Origin: Octopus sinensis
Taxonomy: Eukaryota
Assembly: GCF_006345805.1 (NCBI RefSeq)
Contig: NC_043013.1
Coordinates: 47,678,001 to 47,742,000 of the forward strand
Direction of reading: 5' to 3'
DNA length: 64,000 bases
In this document: in pieces, positions 25,701 to 41,796 of the stretch
How positions within the stretch are numbered: the stretch's first letter is position 1
Layout of the letters: every line of letters begins with the position of its first letter
Made by a program: the position numbers and the translations under genes
Notes under the pieces: generated by a model
Told to the model about the DNA's origin: nothing
Seen by the model: the letters and a program-made list of their open reading frames with translations, nothing else
Database searches by the model: none

Positions 25701-26589
25701 TGCATGGGATTATCCAACTATGTACCTCAAATCTTTTTCTGAAATATATTTGTTAGAAAATATAGAGAAAATGGTCAAACTTTTCGAAAGATGCATCAGA
25801 GATGACAATGCTGATTCAAAGATTTTGCTCATAAGGTTGTAAGTAGCAACAACGTGTGTATTTTGTGTGTATTGTTATATTATAAATACACACAAACACA
25901 TAGCTTGTTGAAAATATGTAACTAATAAAGCTATTGTCTACTAATTGTAATATGAGAAAGCCCCATTTTGGTTGTTAGATGTGCTTCAAATTTCTTATTT
26001 CTTCATAATGATGCCCCATGTCTTAAAAAAGTAGAGGACACAATAAAAGTAAGGACTAAATTCTCAACACCCCATAAAATTAAGAGACGGCCTGATCCAA
26101 AACCTTTCTTTCGTGGGTAATCTTTGGCTAAATAATATTAGCACCAATAACGTGGCCAACGAAGATCAAGTAGTTTATAATTTTAAAGAATAATCTGGAG
26201 TGTTTCAAAACTGAAGCGAAAGTTTCAGACTAAAGTTATTAGAACGAAATTGGTTGTGTTTTTGAAATGATTCCAATGTATCAATATTTATGAGAACATA
26301 TATAATTATTTTATACAAACGTAGAAACTAGGAAAACTGAAAAATTCTCTGTTTGTTTGTTTGTTTCTCTAGTTGTTTCATTGTTTCAATAGACTCAGCT
26401 TTCAGAGGTGAAGTCTCCTTAGATGATTATGTAAAATATTTCCTGCATTAAATGATAATATGCAGACATATTGTCATGTTGATAACTGCAACCAAACATT
26501 AGAATTCATAATTCATTATATATCACTGAAAATATTATATACACTCGTGTTTTCATAAAACTAAATTACATCTAATGAAATTATAAATA

Positions 26590-26671
26590 TGCATGTATAT
26601 ATATATGTATATGTATATATATATATAGAGAGAGAGAGATATATGTTATATATATACATGTTATATGTATG

Positions 26672-26750
<79 letters not shown>

Positions 26751-26842
26751 ATATATGTATATATATATATATTTATATTCATACATACATACATACATAT
26801 ATTTCTATATGCATATGTATGTACTTCTTTTGTACATATGAA

Positions 26843-26902
<60 letters not shown>

Positions 26903-27134
26903 TATATATACATATATACATATATTTGTACTCGTATGTGTGTACGTATTTAGCTATGTATACACACACAATGCGCCTGTGTGCTTATTTTATTTGTGAG
27001 GACGTATATACTCTTATAATATTTGTATTTGATTTTTCCTGTCTCTTTCACATTCTATCTTTTCATAAGTGTATGATTGTGAGTGTGTGTTTCTGTGTAA
27101 TTCTCTGTGTGTGTGTATGCATATATATATATAT

Positions 27135-27197
<63 letters not shown>

Positions 27198-27382
27198 GTA
27201 ATACATATGTATAAGTATATATATATTTACGTAAACATGTATACAGATATATATACATACATATACACAGGCATATTGTATATATATATATATATATACA
27301 CACACATTCTATATATATATTATATAATATATGTATGGGTATGTATGTACATATACATACGTATGTATATATACATATATGT

Positions 27383-27420
<38 letters not shown>
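26590..27420. repeat. Compound (TA)n/(TG)n microsatellite arrays
   Basis: Direct reading. Confidence 0.95.
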
Positions 27421-27424
<4 letters not shown>

Positions 27425-28623
27425 GTTTGTGCATATATAGTATTATGTATATATGTATATAATTAAGCAATAATATCTATGAATGTAGTGTGTACTTGTC
27501 TTCTATATTTGTGTATGGATAAACAATTTTGATATGTCTGAAAGATTTCATCTGCGATTGTAGAAAACAAATAATTTTAAATGCAACGGTTTTTAATAAA
27601 TTTCCATATATTATTATATTGAATAAAAAAAAAATTCAACTTACCGCAGGCTAATTTTTCCTTTTTTTTTTTTCTTTTTTAATTTCGTTCATTGAAACAG
27701 AGATCATTGTTTTGCCTTTCATACAATGGATTCAACGAAAATTATCGTTGTGGTATTTCAGTCATTTCTTTACGATAATTGTTTTATTCGAAGCTGCTCT
27801 AAATATATTCCTACCTCCGACTACCCGATCAATTTGTTTCTTTTATCTCAAATAAGCATTTCTCAGCATTTTAATCATAAAGTTTTAACTTTTCTTCAAA
27901 AATTTTCATCTAGTATTTTGTTTATTTTCTAGAAAGTTAATATCTCAGGGAAATTACAAAGAAAACGCTGTATCTTTGTTAGATACAGGACTGAAGGGGA
28001 CTTTTCTACTTGTATTCAACTTTAACTGCTAACAAGTATTGTGAATATGGACATGACGTAAGAAATATGAAAACAAGGTGACCTCCGTAATTAACTTGTT
28101 CATAGTAACATCATGTATATCCATCTGTCTACCAGTTTATCTATCTGTCTATCTATCTCTATAAGTGTGGGGTGTATTAATAACAATTTGATTCAATTTC
28201 ATGTGACAGTTTTATCGTATGGACTTATTCATCTTTTCAGAAATCAGGATAAAATTATTGGTTTTTAATAAAACGGGGCGTCCTACGCGCCCACGAAACC
28301 TAAAGTCATGTGGAGCTGAGTTTAACTGTTATTAAATCATATAACTCCTACCAAATGTTTTCAGAGCCGCTTTCTTTCGTTTGCCCACCCAATCGCATGT
28401 GTGTGTGTATGTGTGTGTGTATGTGTGTGTGTGTATGTGTATGTGTGTGTGTATGTGTGTGTGTGTATGTGTGTGTGTGTATGTGTATGTGTGTATGTGT
28501 GTGTGTGTATGTGTATGTGTGTGTGTGTGTGTATGTGTGTGTGTATGTGTGTGTGGGTATGTGAGTTGGTTAACAGAACTATTTCGTTAGTCACACTTTA
28601 CACTTTATAGAATAAAAAATACA

Positions 28624-28655
<32 letters not shown>

Positions 28656-29193
28656 CAGAGAGGGAGGGAGAGAGATGCTTAACGTAATAGGCGTAGAATG
28701 AGCTCTTGGTAGGATGCAATGAGTAAAAGGAGGAGAAAATGACAGAGTAATTGTGGCGGATATAAACATATATATATGTGTGAGACGAAAGATATAAACT
28801 GTTGTGTGTGTGAAAGACTAAAAATTTAACAGAATCTCAGTAGTACGTTTACATATGAATAGAGTGTCTACACATTATTAATATACACAAAATTGGGGTA
28901 AATATATTTTCGCTAATTTCATAATTAACAGACAGAATGTAAAAGACAAAACCGAAAACAAAGTTACTCTCCGTGTTGGTTTTATATTATGGAAGTTTAC
29001 TCACACACATTCACCAGATTACTCCCTTTCTCTCTCCCCCTCTCTCTCCCCTCTCTCTCTCTCTCCGTCTCTTTCCCTCTGTCTCTCTCCCCCTCTCTCT
29101 CCCTCTCTCCCGCTCTCTTCCTCCGTCTCTCTCTCTCTTTCTCCCACTCGCTTGCTTTTCCTTACTACATTACTACATTTATAAATATATGCA

Positions 29194-29274
<81 letters not shown>

Positions 29275-29303
29275 ATATATATATATATATGTATATACTT
29301 TTA

Positions 29304-30149
<846 letters not shown>

Positions 30150-30440
30150 TAAGCACGGTCTTAGGCTAGAGGCTAGAGGAATCGCCGGTTCGAATCTGAG
30201 ACTGGGCGATGTGTGTGTTTATGAGCGAAACACCTAAGCTCCACGCGGCTCCGGCAGAAGGTAATGGCGAACCTCTGCCGACTCTTTCGCCACAACTTTC
30301 TCTCACTCTTTCCTCCTGCATCTTGCAGCTCACCTGCAACGGACCGGCGTCCCGTCCAGATGGGGAACCTATACGCCAAGGAAACCGGGAAACCGGCCCT
30401 ATGAGCCAGGCATGGCTCTAGAAGGAACAAACAAACAAAC
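30150..30440 (+). mobile_element. SINE family S3 (tRNA-derived head, distinct body, (AAAC)n tail)
   Basis: B box GGTTCGAATC; body near-identical to 45010-45270 on the minus strand; ends GAAGGAACAAACAAACAAAC. Confidence 0.85.
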
Positions 30441-30537
30441 AAGGTTATCTTTACAGATATTCTATAGAAACCTAGCCACCACTTATTCTATAGAATAATT
30501 TCTATTATTTCTATAGAATATCTATGGAAATAACCTT
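30441..30537. repeat. 97-bp hairpin/MITE-like unit with 30-bp imperfect inverted ends
   Basis: AAGGTTAT...TTCTATAGAAA versus TTTCTATAGAA...ATAACCTT; the palindrome TTCTATAGAA occurs three times. Confidence 0.6.
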
Positions 30538-30954
30538 AACAAGTTATGTAAAGAGTACTGCTAACAGAGAAGGAAACGACATTGACTCATAAAAACGTTT
30601 AACATACAGTATATTATGGTTGCATAACGAAATATCCCATCACTGTATATGGAAAGAAAACCAACAAGGCGTGTATATACCCGTCTAAAAATTACATAGT
30701 TACTGATTTCCAGTATAATGTTCAATCATAACTGCACAAGAATATTTATTTTTCCTATGATTAGACGCATTAATATCGTCAATGAATATTCCACACCACT
30801 GAGTATTATATAATTAGAGGTGGGTGGGCATGTATGTTTGTGTGTGTCCTAAATGAAATGGCAGTTTTAAATTTTGGCTTCCTCTAATTCCTTAACTAAA
30901 CCCTGTACCTTCTTACGTTCACAAGCCACTAAACCTATGCTATATCTGATAGAC

Positions 30955-32950
30955 TAAAATTTAATGGCTCGCTTGAGGGCATACTACCATTTGTTATTAA
31001 TGATGACTCCTGTTAATGCCTTCTTATTAACAACTTAATCCGCTTTCTGTACTTCTCAATCGCCAAAAGGGACGTATTGAGTTTCCAGTAGCCAGATCCT
31101 TGACTATGTACTTGATCTAGGTTCAGCTTACAAGTGACCAACTTGTGATCACTGTAGCTGACCGAATAAACCTGTGGACACTTTGCAAAGTTCTTGTCTG
31201 CTTTTCTAATTAAAAACTTATCTATATGTATGACTTGCAAGACTCGTCGCTATTTGACCATGTTCACAATGCAGCGTTCAGGTCTTCCATCCTATATGAA
31301 TCTGCCAGCTGAAAACGACTTATCACTTCCCAGAAGCCAAAATTACTTGTCCTGTCTATTCTTGAGCCAACACAATCTACAAGTGCATCACAGATTGTAC
31401 TAAAGTCTCCTAACAAAACTAGGGTGTGTGACGTACCCAGAAACTTCTCTAGGTCACAAAAATATTCACCTTGATCGAAATGGGGTGCATAAATCGCAAC
31501 CAGTCTGATCGTCTTGCCACAACTGAATGCCAAGTCCATAACGACCAGCCTACCTTCTGGATCAGAAAAAAATTACCTTTTTCTCTGACTCCCAGGTTCT
31601 TCATAATAGGACCAACAGCCCAATCCCGCCCGCCGGTCAACCTGGAGAAATAAATTTCTCGTAGCCGTTCAGCACGGGAGCAGATATCTTGGCCCCTTTA
31701 ACCGGGTTTCAGTATCAATAATTACATCCCAAGGGATTCACTATTATCCCTTTTGATGGCTACCAAGTTTTCTTCATCTGTCTTCTTCCTCCTTGCTGCT
31801 TTTTTTTTAGTTTCTTGCCAGTTCTTGCTGCTTTTGGTAGGGCAGTTGGGTGATATTTTTCTCGTACTGCCTGCTTGGCCACTGCTTTCTGCTTCTGTTT
31901 TTTTCTTCCTCCTCCTCTTCTTCTTCTGCCCCAACTTGCCGCAGTTAAAACACCGCGGTTTGCAGCCTTCCACAAACACGATAAGGTTTTGATCTCCTAT
32001 TTCAATTGATTCGGTGATTTCTTCCAGTGATTGCGGTTCTGTTTGTATAATGATATTTAACGTCAGGCCTTGCCAATTTTGCTTCTCTGTGACGCTTGGA
32101 GGAGTAATCTTCTCTAAGTCGATTGTCACCGCCAGCACCAACCAAGTTGCGTCCACTTCCGGTGGGATTCTTGCCATTCGTACTTTCGAGGTCCGCCTCC
32201 CCATATACATTGAGAGCAGGACCACTTCTGTGTTAAGAGTTTCGATGGCATAGTTCTGTGCTTTTTCTTCACCCACCAATCTTACTTCAAAAGTACCGAA
32301 TTTTTACCTCTGGTAATGTACTCAGTGTCTTTCCATATCATTTTCAAGCATTTTTCAATAGTTTCTTCTAGCATTCTGTCAACTCTTTTGTTCTTCAAAC
32401 TAAACGTCTTATATAATATCGTTTCGCTTTTCTTCTTCCATTAATTTTTTCGGTGGCAAAATTTTAACTTGAGTTCCTTCATTATTTAGCATTTGCTTAT
32501 ATTTTTCTAGTTCGTCTTTTTCCGTTCGTATCTTCTTTTTTTTCCTCCTGCTACAACCGCAACCCTTTTCTTTTCTGTAAGACTTAAAACTGGCTCATCC
32601 CTTTTCAAACTTTGCACGTCAACATTTCTTTTTGAAACAATTTTTGTCTTTTTCAGGAGACTTCCTAGCTTCTTTTTACAACTGGTGATACTCCCGGAGA
32701 TACTGCTGACAAAACCGGAGTTACTGGTGAGTGCGTGGGGGACTCTTCACTGGATTCCATGATGAACAATGGTACACACGCCAACCACAAAAATTTTAAC
32801 TCGCTTATCGCCGCACAAAAATATTATTTTTTCCGACACAGTTCGTAGTAATTCCCCACCCTGCGGGAGAATTGATAACACAATGCTTCAAACAAGGAAT
32901 AAATCAACAGAGTTCCAACAATGTAACTTTAACAACTTTAACAACTCTCA
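30955..32950 (-). mobile_element. Tx1/L1-clade LINE, 5' half only (5' UTR, ORF1 with zinc knuckle, APE endonuclease; no RT)
   Basis: ORF1 starts at ATG 32760 (MESSEESP...) and contains VEGCKPRCFNCGKLG; ORF2 has IRLVAIYAP, LVLLGDFS, IDKFLIR, YSDHKLV and GYWKLNTSLL. Stops and frameshifts present. Confidence 0.9.
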
Positions 32951-32998
32951 CCTTATTAAACATGGCAAAACATATCTCAAAAACTCCAGGACATATAA

Positions 32999-33550
32999 GG
33001 ATTGACGGATGAGCTTTTAGTTAATCATGTAAATAATAGCCTATTGGAATATTCCATTCTGTATTGACATATTTTTATAAACCATACTACTATAATAGAG
33101 CTGTAATTTAAGATAAGATTTTTATATAAATATTCATAAGATCTAATCCAAGTTATATTTTAAAATTTTTATTAAATTTTAAATTAAAATTTTTTTTTCA
33201 TTTGCTAAATAGTTATTATACATTAAGTATAATTTAAGGTAGTCGATAATTACTGAATCAACACCATATAACACGAATTCAAAATATTGTAGGGTTTTCA
33301 TAAAGGAATCGAGTAGCATACTATATGTTAGTAATTGAAATAAAAACATATTGTTAAATAAAATTACAGATATCTTAGTATGTTGTAAGCATAAATATTT
33401 AGCAACTTTAATAGATCCTATGAATACTTATATACAAATTTTTTATCTTAAATTATAGTAGTATGGGTTAAACGATATATCAATACAAAATGGAATATTC
33501 CAATAGGCTATTGTTTACAGGATTGACGAAAAGCTCACCCGTCAACCCTC
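32999..33550. mobile_element. MITE with ~140-bp imperfect TIRs, TTAA at the right end (Kolobok/piggyBac-like; superfamily uncertain)
   Basis: 33002-33144 is the reverse complement of ~33413-33545 (TTGACGG.TGAGCTTTT...ATAGCCTATTGGAATATTCCATT); right flank TTAA, left flank ATAA. Confidence 0.75.
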
Positions 33551-34719
33551 TTAATTTCTTATTTAATCATTGTATACAAATGATTATATTCGTCCGGTTT
33601 AATTTTGTGATTTATATTTCTATTCTTATTCATCCATTCGATACTCAAAGACCAATTGAAATTTCACCATGTAGTGCCTAACTGCCTTTTACCACGAGAA
33701 AGGAACCCTGAGGAAGGAAATGTTCTTATACAGGGAGTTGAATTTGGATTATTTCCAATTTATTTCCCTTAAAACTTTTCTGAAACGGCCGTAGGTTTGG
33801 CCTGATCCTTTCAATCACCTCCTTTAATCTATTCTAACTATATTTTCTACTTTCATGGTACTCCATATAGTTTTTTATATTTATATTCTTATATTTCTAT
33901 ATTTTTATCATCTATGTCTTAATATAAATATGTGGTTATTTGAATGGGATAATATCTCATGTCATACGTCTGAAGTATGAATTTGTTTGTCTGAATGTTT
34001 AAGACTAATATCTGAAATTTTTATCTTATACCAAATTTTATGAATCTTTAACTCATATACGGGCGAAAAAATAGTTGTACTATATACTGGAACTTTATCT
34101 CCATTAAAATTCTCGTATTCTGTGTATATATATATGTACAAGAGCGAGTGAGAGACACACACAGGCACACAGATGTATTTCTATATATATTTTTATTTTA
34201 TGTGCATGAGTGTGTCTGGAGGTGGCGGGTTTCCGAGAATGGTATATGGTCTCATTAATACAAACAATAAACAACCATGACACACTATTTATAATTTAGC
34301 TTTCTGCGTCAGTCAAATCAATTTCTTTTTAGTAACAATCATATTGATATTATCAAATGTTTTCATCAACACGGAAACTTATTTGCATTTTTTCTTTATC
34401 TTCTTGGATTTTTTTTCTATTTGTGACTTGTTTTGTTTTTCTTTCATATTTGCTGCTAAGTATTGTTTTATCTATTTCTTGCTCATTTTTTCCTTTATTT
34501 TTTTCTTCATTGTTGAACAAAACCTTGACCACTAAAACTGTATCTTCTTCTTTCTCTTGAAACACGATTGTAATAAATGTTATGCTTCTGTTTAAAATTA
34601 ATTTATTTTCTTTCACCCACACAATCTTCGTAGATTGCACTTCTCTGTTTGTTCAAAATAACATTTTTGAATTTCTTAGATATCATTCTCCAGGAAAATG
34701 CAACAACATCAATAACCTC

Positions 34720-34809
34720 CACCACCACCACCACAACCACCATCAGCATTAATACTACTACTACTACTACTATTAGAATAATGATAACAATATCAACAAC
34801 AACAACAAT

Positions 34810-34882
<73 letters not shown>

Positions 34883-34915
34883 CAACAACAACAAGACATC
34901 TGATGATAATAATAC
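34720..34915. repeat. Compound (ACC)n/(ACT)n/(AAT)n/(AAC)n microsatellite
   Basis: Direct reading. Confidence 0.95.
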
Positions 34916-35473
34916 ACTATAGAAAATTAGCAAAAGTGTATTCTGCATAAATATTAATATGTTTGAAGTAAACGAATATTTTAAACTACAGAGTACAATG
35001 ATCCAACCTCCTTCTGTTCCGTAGTTTTTGTCTATTTGCTGTAAAGTATAAACAGGAAAAAGCACTGATTTAGCTAATGTACATCTATAAATGAGAGTAT
35101 CTCGTATTTGTGTGTGTTTGCTTCGTATTTATACGTAAGCAGGTGCGTATGCGTCAGTGCTTGAGTATGTATGTGTATGGGTAATTGACAGTAGTTAGAA
35201 TATTGCGTAAGTTGGCCGGCAGCTAAAAAGGTTCATACTATCATCAACATAAATACATCATTTGTTAATCACTCTTTGCCACAAGCGATTTCAAATATGT
35301 TAGCAAGGTGTATATTAGCAACATTCGTAGCTCAACGATACTCTATGCAGTTAAATATGTACGCGTGTATGAGCAAAAGTTACACACACGTACATACATA
35401 CATACAAACGAACATGCCAACATACACACAAGCATACATACATACCTGCATATATATATATATATTATATATA

Positions 35474-35535
<62 letters not shown>

Positions 35536-35585
35536 GCACACATATATATATGCATGCCAGTGAAGATATATATATATATATATAA

Positions 35586-35628
<43 letters not shown>

Positions 35629-36003
35629 TACACTTGCTTGAGTATATACATGTTTATATTGTATTTTATATTTCCTGATAAAGATTCTAACATATCTTCA
35701 TCTTTATTCCTGACATTTCCTTTTCTCTTCATTGCAAATATTATTTATAAATAATTTGATACATTGCATAAAGTAATTTGTTTTTCTTCGTTTCTGAAAT
35801 TCTATCTCTGTTTCTCTTCTATTCTCTAATGCTTTCTTTTAAACTTCCTACTTTAGATATTTCTCTCACCACCCTCTTTTTCCCTCCCTCTGCCTCTTTC
35901 TTACATTAAATATATTCTATTGAAATCTTCTATTTGAAATAATAAAAGATTCCGTTTACATCGAAAATAATGACTTGTATATAGATGATTTCTTATATAT
36001 TTG

Positions 36004-36045
<42 letters not shown>

Positions 36046-36884
36046 ACTAGTGGATTTATGAGACGTTACGATATACATACTTTCTAAACTTATAGCATAT
36101 AAAACAATTTTACTTTGAAACCATAGCTACACGACTTTTCCCTATACATAACAGAGTGCCGTCATTAAACCCTCTGCTTGTCCAAATTCCTTTTCATAAT
36201 TTTGTCTCAAATGTCCATGCTTGTTTTCAAACTTATAATTAGCCCTTGTTCCATATATTCTGAATAATATAAACTTTCATTTCATTAGTCCCAAGTCACT
36301 CTGGTAGCTAAAACCAGTGTATATATATCATATGTGATGCATAAACTCCAGTGAGTTATAACCATATGTCCTGAGTATCAAGTAGTACACTGATCAAGCA
36401 AATGGTTAAACTTCCTTACGCTCTGTTATTGATCAATCCATTGAAAATCATATTGAGGCCTGGCACCTGAGCGGGATTAGCTTATGATTTAAGAAACAAT
36501 ATTTCGATTAATATCTAGTTTGGTTTTCAGTTCTTTGCTACTTAGCATCAAATGTAAGCATGCGCTGCAGGTTTTAGTCAATCACTTTCTTTCTTCTTAA
36601 AAATCATGATGTAAGGAAATGCTTTCGCATAAACATTAGCGATAGTAACACTCTTTGACTTGTGAAGTAGCCACCATTTCAATGTACGCGGGACATTTCC
36701 ACCTGACATAGGAGTATTTCACAGCATAGAAAGTAGATCATAAATAGGAGTTGGCATTTTTAAAGTAATAAGACGTTGATGCCCCTCTTTAGCATTCACA
36801 AATCTCTCTTATACACTTCCACCCCTTTCTAACTAATAAAATATATCATAGCTAGACTATTCTACCTTTCTCGATAACTTCCTA

Positions 36885-37475
36885 TAAATTTGCAATATCT
36901 AGACGGGTTTATTCCGCCTATGGCCTGGCCGCCAGAGTCAGGCACCCCATATGGAAGCTCCTTTGGCGCCACTGTTCTATTTCTCGGAAGACGAAGCTCC
37001 ATATCGACAACTCATCGATCCTCTCCTATGGAGCAGAAATGTGGCCCCTTAGGAAGACCGTGGCAAAGAGGATCGACGGCTTCGATTGGAGAGCCAAGAG
37101 AACCATCGAGAACATGAGACAGCACCATCACGTTTCAAACAAAGAAATTCGCGCGCGTACATATTAACTCGTAATTTCCCATCTAATAGCTATCCGTCGC
37201 ATGCGCTCGTATGGACATGCTCTCTGCCTCACGCCAATTCACCCTGCCAGGGTCTTGCACTCGTTTGACGCAGGCTTCGCATCAGCTGGTTGAACGAGAT
37301 TAAAGAAGATCCGCATGGATTAAAGAAGATCCGTCATCTTGAAGGATGTAGAGAGGCTGGCACTGGACCAAGAGCGATGGGGAACGCTGATGGACTTTGT
37401 CGGTTCTACGCACGCTGACGCCTCTGAGACCACTAACCTGGGATGACCTCGTCCTATCAAGCAAGAGCAGGAAAC
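36885..37475 (+). mobile_element. 5'-truncated RTE-clade LINE 3' end
   Basis: Translation ISRRVYSA...SISRKTKLHI...LSYGAEMWPL...KRIDGFD...VSNKEIRAR, then a ALDQERWG-like end and a TCAAGCAAG tail; 20-bp internal tandem duplication at ~37298-37335. Confidence 0.85.
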
Positions 37476-38628
37476 AAGAACTTTATACACAGTAACGAAA
37501 CTCTGGACTAGGTCCTATGTAGCAGCCGTTAATTAAAAACATATCAATTCATTATTTCTATTTGCCAAAATAATTGCAAGTGTGATAGCAAAAAGTTGTT
37601 TGCAGGATCCGTTTGTATAATCATATAATTGTTAAAGTAAGTCACATGTTTCGTTACGTCACTGTTATTGACTGTTTTTAGAATTTACTTTCAGATCAGT
37701 TTTTTAAACTTTTCAACTATTTTAACATAACTTTATATTCCATAAAAGATTATACAGATATTCATGTACACGAAGACGTACCTCATACAATTTGAGACGC
37801 CTTGTTTTCTATAATTTATGGGACAATACCTACTTATATTATCGATACTCAATAGATGCTCAATATTTTAGACTCAAATATTTTTGCCTTTATAATTCAG
37901 GCTGGACACAATTTTGAAAAAGAGGTTAGATTACAACTGATTTCGTGAAGTGAATCCCCTATAATCAGTTTATAATAAAGTCCTAGACAACACGAATTGC
38001 GTAAAAATTTTGGCTCTACTCTGAGTGTTGAATTTTCCTCCACATCAATAAAGATCATTTGCTTTCAAATAACATCCACAATTTACGATTTCATTTACCT
38101 TCGTCCAATTTATATCCATCTAACGTCACCTAGTTTTAAATATAAGCTAATGAATATGACCAAAATTGACTAACAGTCGCAATTTATTTTCTATCATTTG
38201 TCGCACAACTTCTTTCCCTGTTAATCTTTTGTTTCTCTCTTTTTCCACTTTCGATTGCAGCCTAGATGATTTTAGTTGACAATATTAAAACCAGTACTTA
38301 AGAATGTTATTTATTTTACCGATAATTGCCATTTTATTGAGTCGGGTTACATAGAGAGAAACAAACGATATATATATATCGGTGCAACCAAATACAGACA
38401 CGGGGACACACACGCACACACATACATAGATCCATTTGCGTGTATGTGAGTGTGCGCATGCATATATGTGTACATGTATGTGTATCTATGTGTGCATTTG
38501 TGTGTGTCTGAATGTATCTATGTATGCATATATTTATATATATATATAATTTTTTTAGTCTGTTAATTTTGTTATAATTCTATGTCCTATTATCTTATCA
38601 AAATTTTGAAGTTTTACACAGATACACT

Positions 38629-38681
<53 letters not shown>

Positions 38682-39674
38682 GTGTGTGTGTAGGTGTAGG
38701 AGAATATATATTTATATAGGGAGAATATATATATATAGGAATAATTCACAAAAAACCAAAAGACGAAGACAGGTGGTGTAGACAACAATGAGATATATTA
38801 GTTTAGCACCCGGGAAGTGAAGAAGCCTTTAACTTTTCGAACCTACGCTCTTCCACAGAAAGGAACATAAAAAGAGACAAGGGGAGTAAATAAAGAATGT
38901 GTAGTTGCTAGCGATCTCTATACACACATACACGCAGATATACAAACACCCACAGACAGACACACACATACACACAACACCACACATACACACAAAACCA
39001 CACACACACACACACAACCACATACATACGCACTCATTGTTCGAGACCTTACGCAAAGGCCGATGAAGCTTGCTCTAGCGACACAAGCAGTCTGTATACC
39101 TTCGTTAGCAAGTTAAATCAGGTGAGTCAGCTAAATGTTACATTTAAAAGCTGATAATATATAATCCAAGACGATTACATACGCAAAGAAATTTCCTTTT
39201 CAATTGAGTATATCCTTGCTAAATTGTTCAAACATACACACTTTATTTTTCTCCATCGCTTCGACAAGCATGATTTCTATTCATGAAGCCATTGTTTACC
39301 TTACAGATACCATACGCCATTTTTTACATTATGTTTTATTATTTCATATACTTTCCCGATTTCTCATTTCTTTCAACTGTTTCGGCAATACGTCTTTAGT
39401 TGTACATTTATTCTAGCTTCACCATCATTGTTCTCACCATTATTTTTATCTTCCCCTCATTTTCCCCCGTTCCTTTTCTTTGGCATTACATATTGATCTT
39501 CCTTTTTCAAATGGTTGGTCGGTAAATTTTTTCAATTACACGCACGTATACATAGACGTATGTATATGTGCGCGTTTTTACACACGCAGACTCACACTCA
39601 CACACGCATATACATATACAAGCTTGAATTTATGTATATATGTATATACGTGTATGTGTATTCTTGTGCATATA

Positions 39675-40210
<536 letters not shown>

Positions 40211-40721
40211 GTCAGTAAGTGTGTATGTTTATGCAAAGATAAATCAAGATATACACTAAAGAAAGATAAACACAGAAAGATGGGTTTTTTTTCTAATATT
40301 CTACTTGTTTAGTTTTACCCTGATACATGTAATATTTTATTTCTCTCAACGTTTTCTAAATGTCGGTAATTCTACTTTATATTGCAGAAATATATTTTTA
40401 TTTTATTATTATATTCGAGCATCTTCTTCTCAAGTTTTTATGCCTTTTTACATTATTCTATCAGCAATTTCCTTCATTTTCCAAGAACTATTTATAAGTT
40501 CTCCTTTATTTTCTCCGTAGTCATTAAGTTTAAATTCCAGTCGATATGTAGTAGCACAGTCATGATGAGAATGTTCTTTTTTCATGTGTATTTATTGCCA
40601 TTATCAACTTGTAGTAACACATTTCCTAATTACTGCAGAATTTCTTAATCATCAGCATTCACTAGTTGCATCTTTCAACCTTTCCTTTCACAAATATACT
40701 ATTGTACTGTTCAAGATATTT

Positions 40722-40968
40722 TAATTTAATTTAATTTAATTTTTTGGCTCAAAAAGCAAATGCAAGGCCATGTGAAGGGACATGGAGTTATGTACAGGGT
40801 GGGTGGTCATACAAAGAGTTCAGGCCATTTCTGGTCAAGAGAGACTTTGAACCGAGCGGTCGTCGGCATCTTCACTATCTCGTCCGGCAGCTTATTCCAC
40901 GGATCCGCAACCCTTACAGAGAAAGCCCCTCTCCTTCGATTGAGATGAAATCGTCGTAGATAGGGGAT
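40722..40968 (-). mobile_element. CR1-type LINE extreme 3' fragment with (AATTA)n tail
   Basis: Minus-strand YLRRFHLNRRRGAFSVRVADPWNKLPDEIVKMPTTARFKVSLDQKW* (FSxRV..WN.LP..V....FK..LD motif), short 3' UTR, pentanucleotide tail. Confidence 0.85.
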
Positions 40969-41248
40969 ATTAAAGGGGATAGTGATTTTTTTTTTATAGA
41001 TATTACAATATACTTATTGAAATATACCATTTGAAATTTCTGAAATCGTGGTTGAGAGTAATCTTTTAATCAGTTCGTAAATTTCCCCTTAAAAAAAACA
41101 TCTTAATACACAACCATGCATCATATATGTAATTCATAAATGACATTAGCGGGGAAAAAGAGGAAATATTGACTCTTCGGAAAACTATACTTCATAAATA
41201 ACAATACAAAATTTGTTCGACTACACCCAGAATATCTATGTAGAGGGT

Positions 41249-41483
41249 TACTCTCTTTTACTCTTTTACTTGTTTCAGTCATTTGACTGCGGCCATGCTG
41301 GAGCACCGCCTTTAATCGAGCAACTCGACCCCGGGACTTATTCTTTTGTAAGCCCAGTACTTATTCTATCGGTCTCTTTTGCCGAACCGCAAAGTAACGG
41401 GGACATAAACACACCAGCATCGGTTGTCAAGCAATGCTAGGGGGACAAATACAGACACACAAACACAGACACACGCATATATA

Positions 41484-41526
<43 letters not shown>

Positions 41527-41686
41527 TACAACGGGCTTCTTTCAGTTTCCGTCTACCAAATCCACTCACAAGGCTTTGGTCGGCCCAAGGCTATAGTAGA
41601 AGACACTTGGCCAAGGTGCCACGCAGTGGGACTGAACCCAGAACCATGTGTTGGTAAACAAGCTACTTACCACACAGCCACTCCTG
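41249..41686 (-). mobile_element. SINE S2, full copy
   Basis: Collinear with 10963-11372 and 55175-55579. Confidence 0.9.
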
Positions 41687-41796
41687 TGTTGTAGAGAAAT
41701 ATAATACAAGAGATAAAATACCTCGCAAGCTTTTGAAGAAATGAAATAATTTTAGACGCTTAGATTTTTGAAGCTTTCATTAATATTTGCCAAAAA

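Noticed and set aside
27640-27932. Minus-strand gtaagt donor and a plus-strand 68-aa ORF
   Set aside because: The minus frames I checked are closed by stops near the donor; the plus peptide is unremarkable.
33510-33560. Acceptor-like ttgtttacag followed by an open stretch
   Set aside because: Lies inside the right TIR of a MITE.
34353-34640. 95-aa K/E-rich minus-strand ORF
   Set aside because: Reverse complement of a T/C-rich low-complexity tract; no splice or domain support.
39059-39125. CCGATGA...GCGACAC hammerhead-like string and a perfect CAG|gtgagt donor
   Set aside because: Two core mismatches and no stem I; upstream acceptor weak. Neither reading is supportable.
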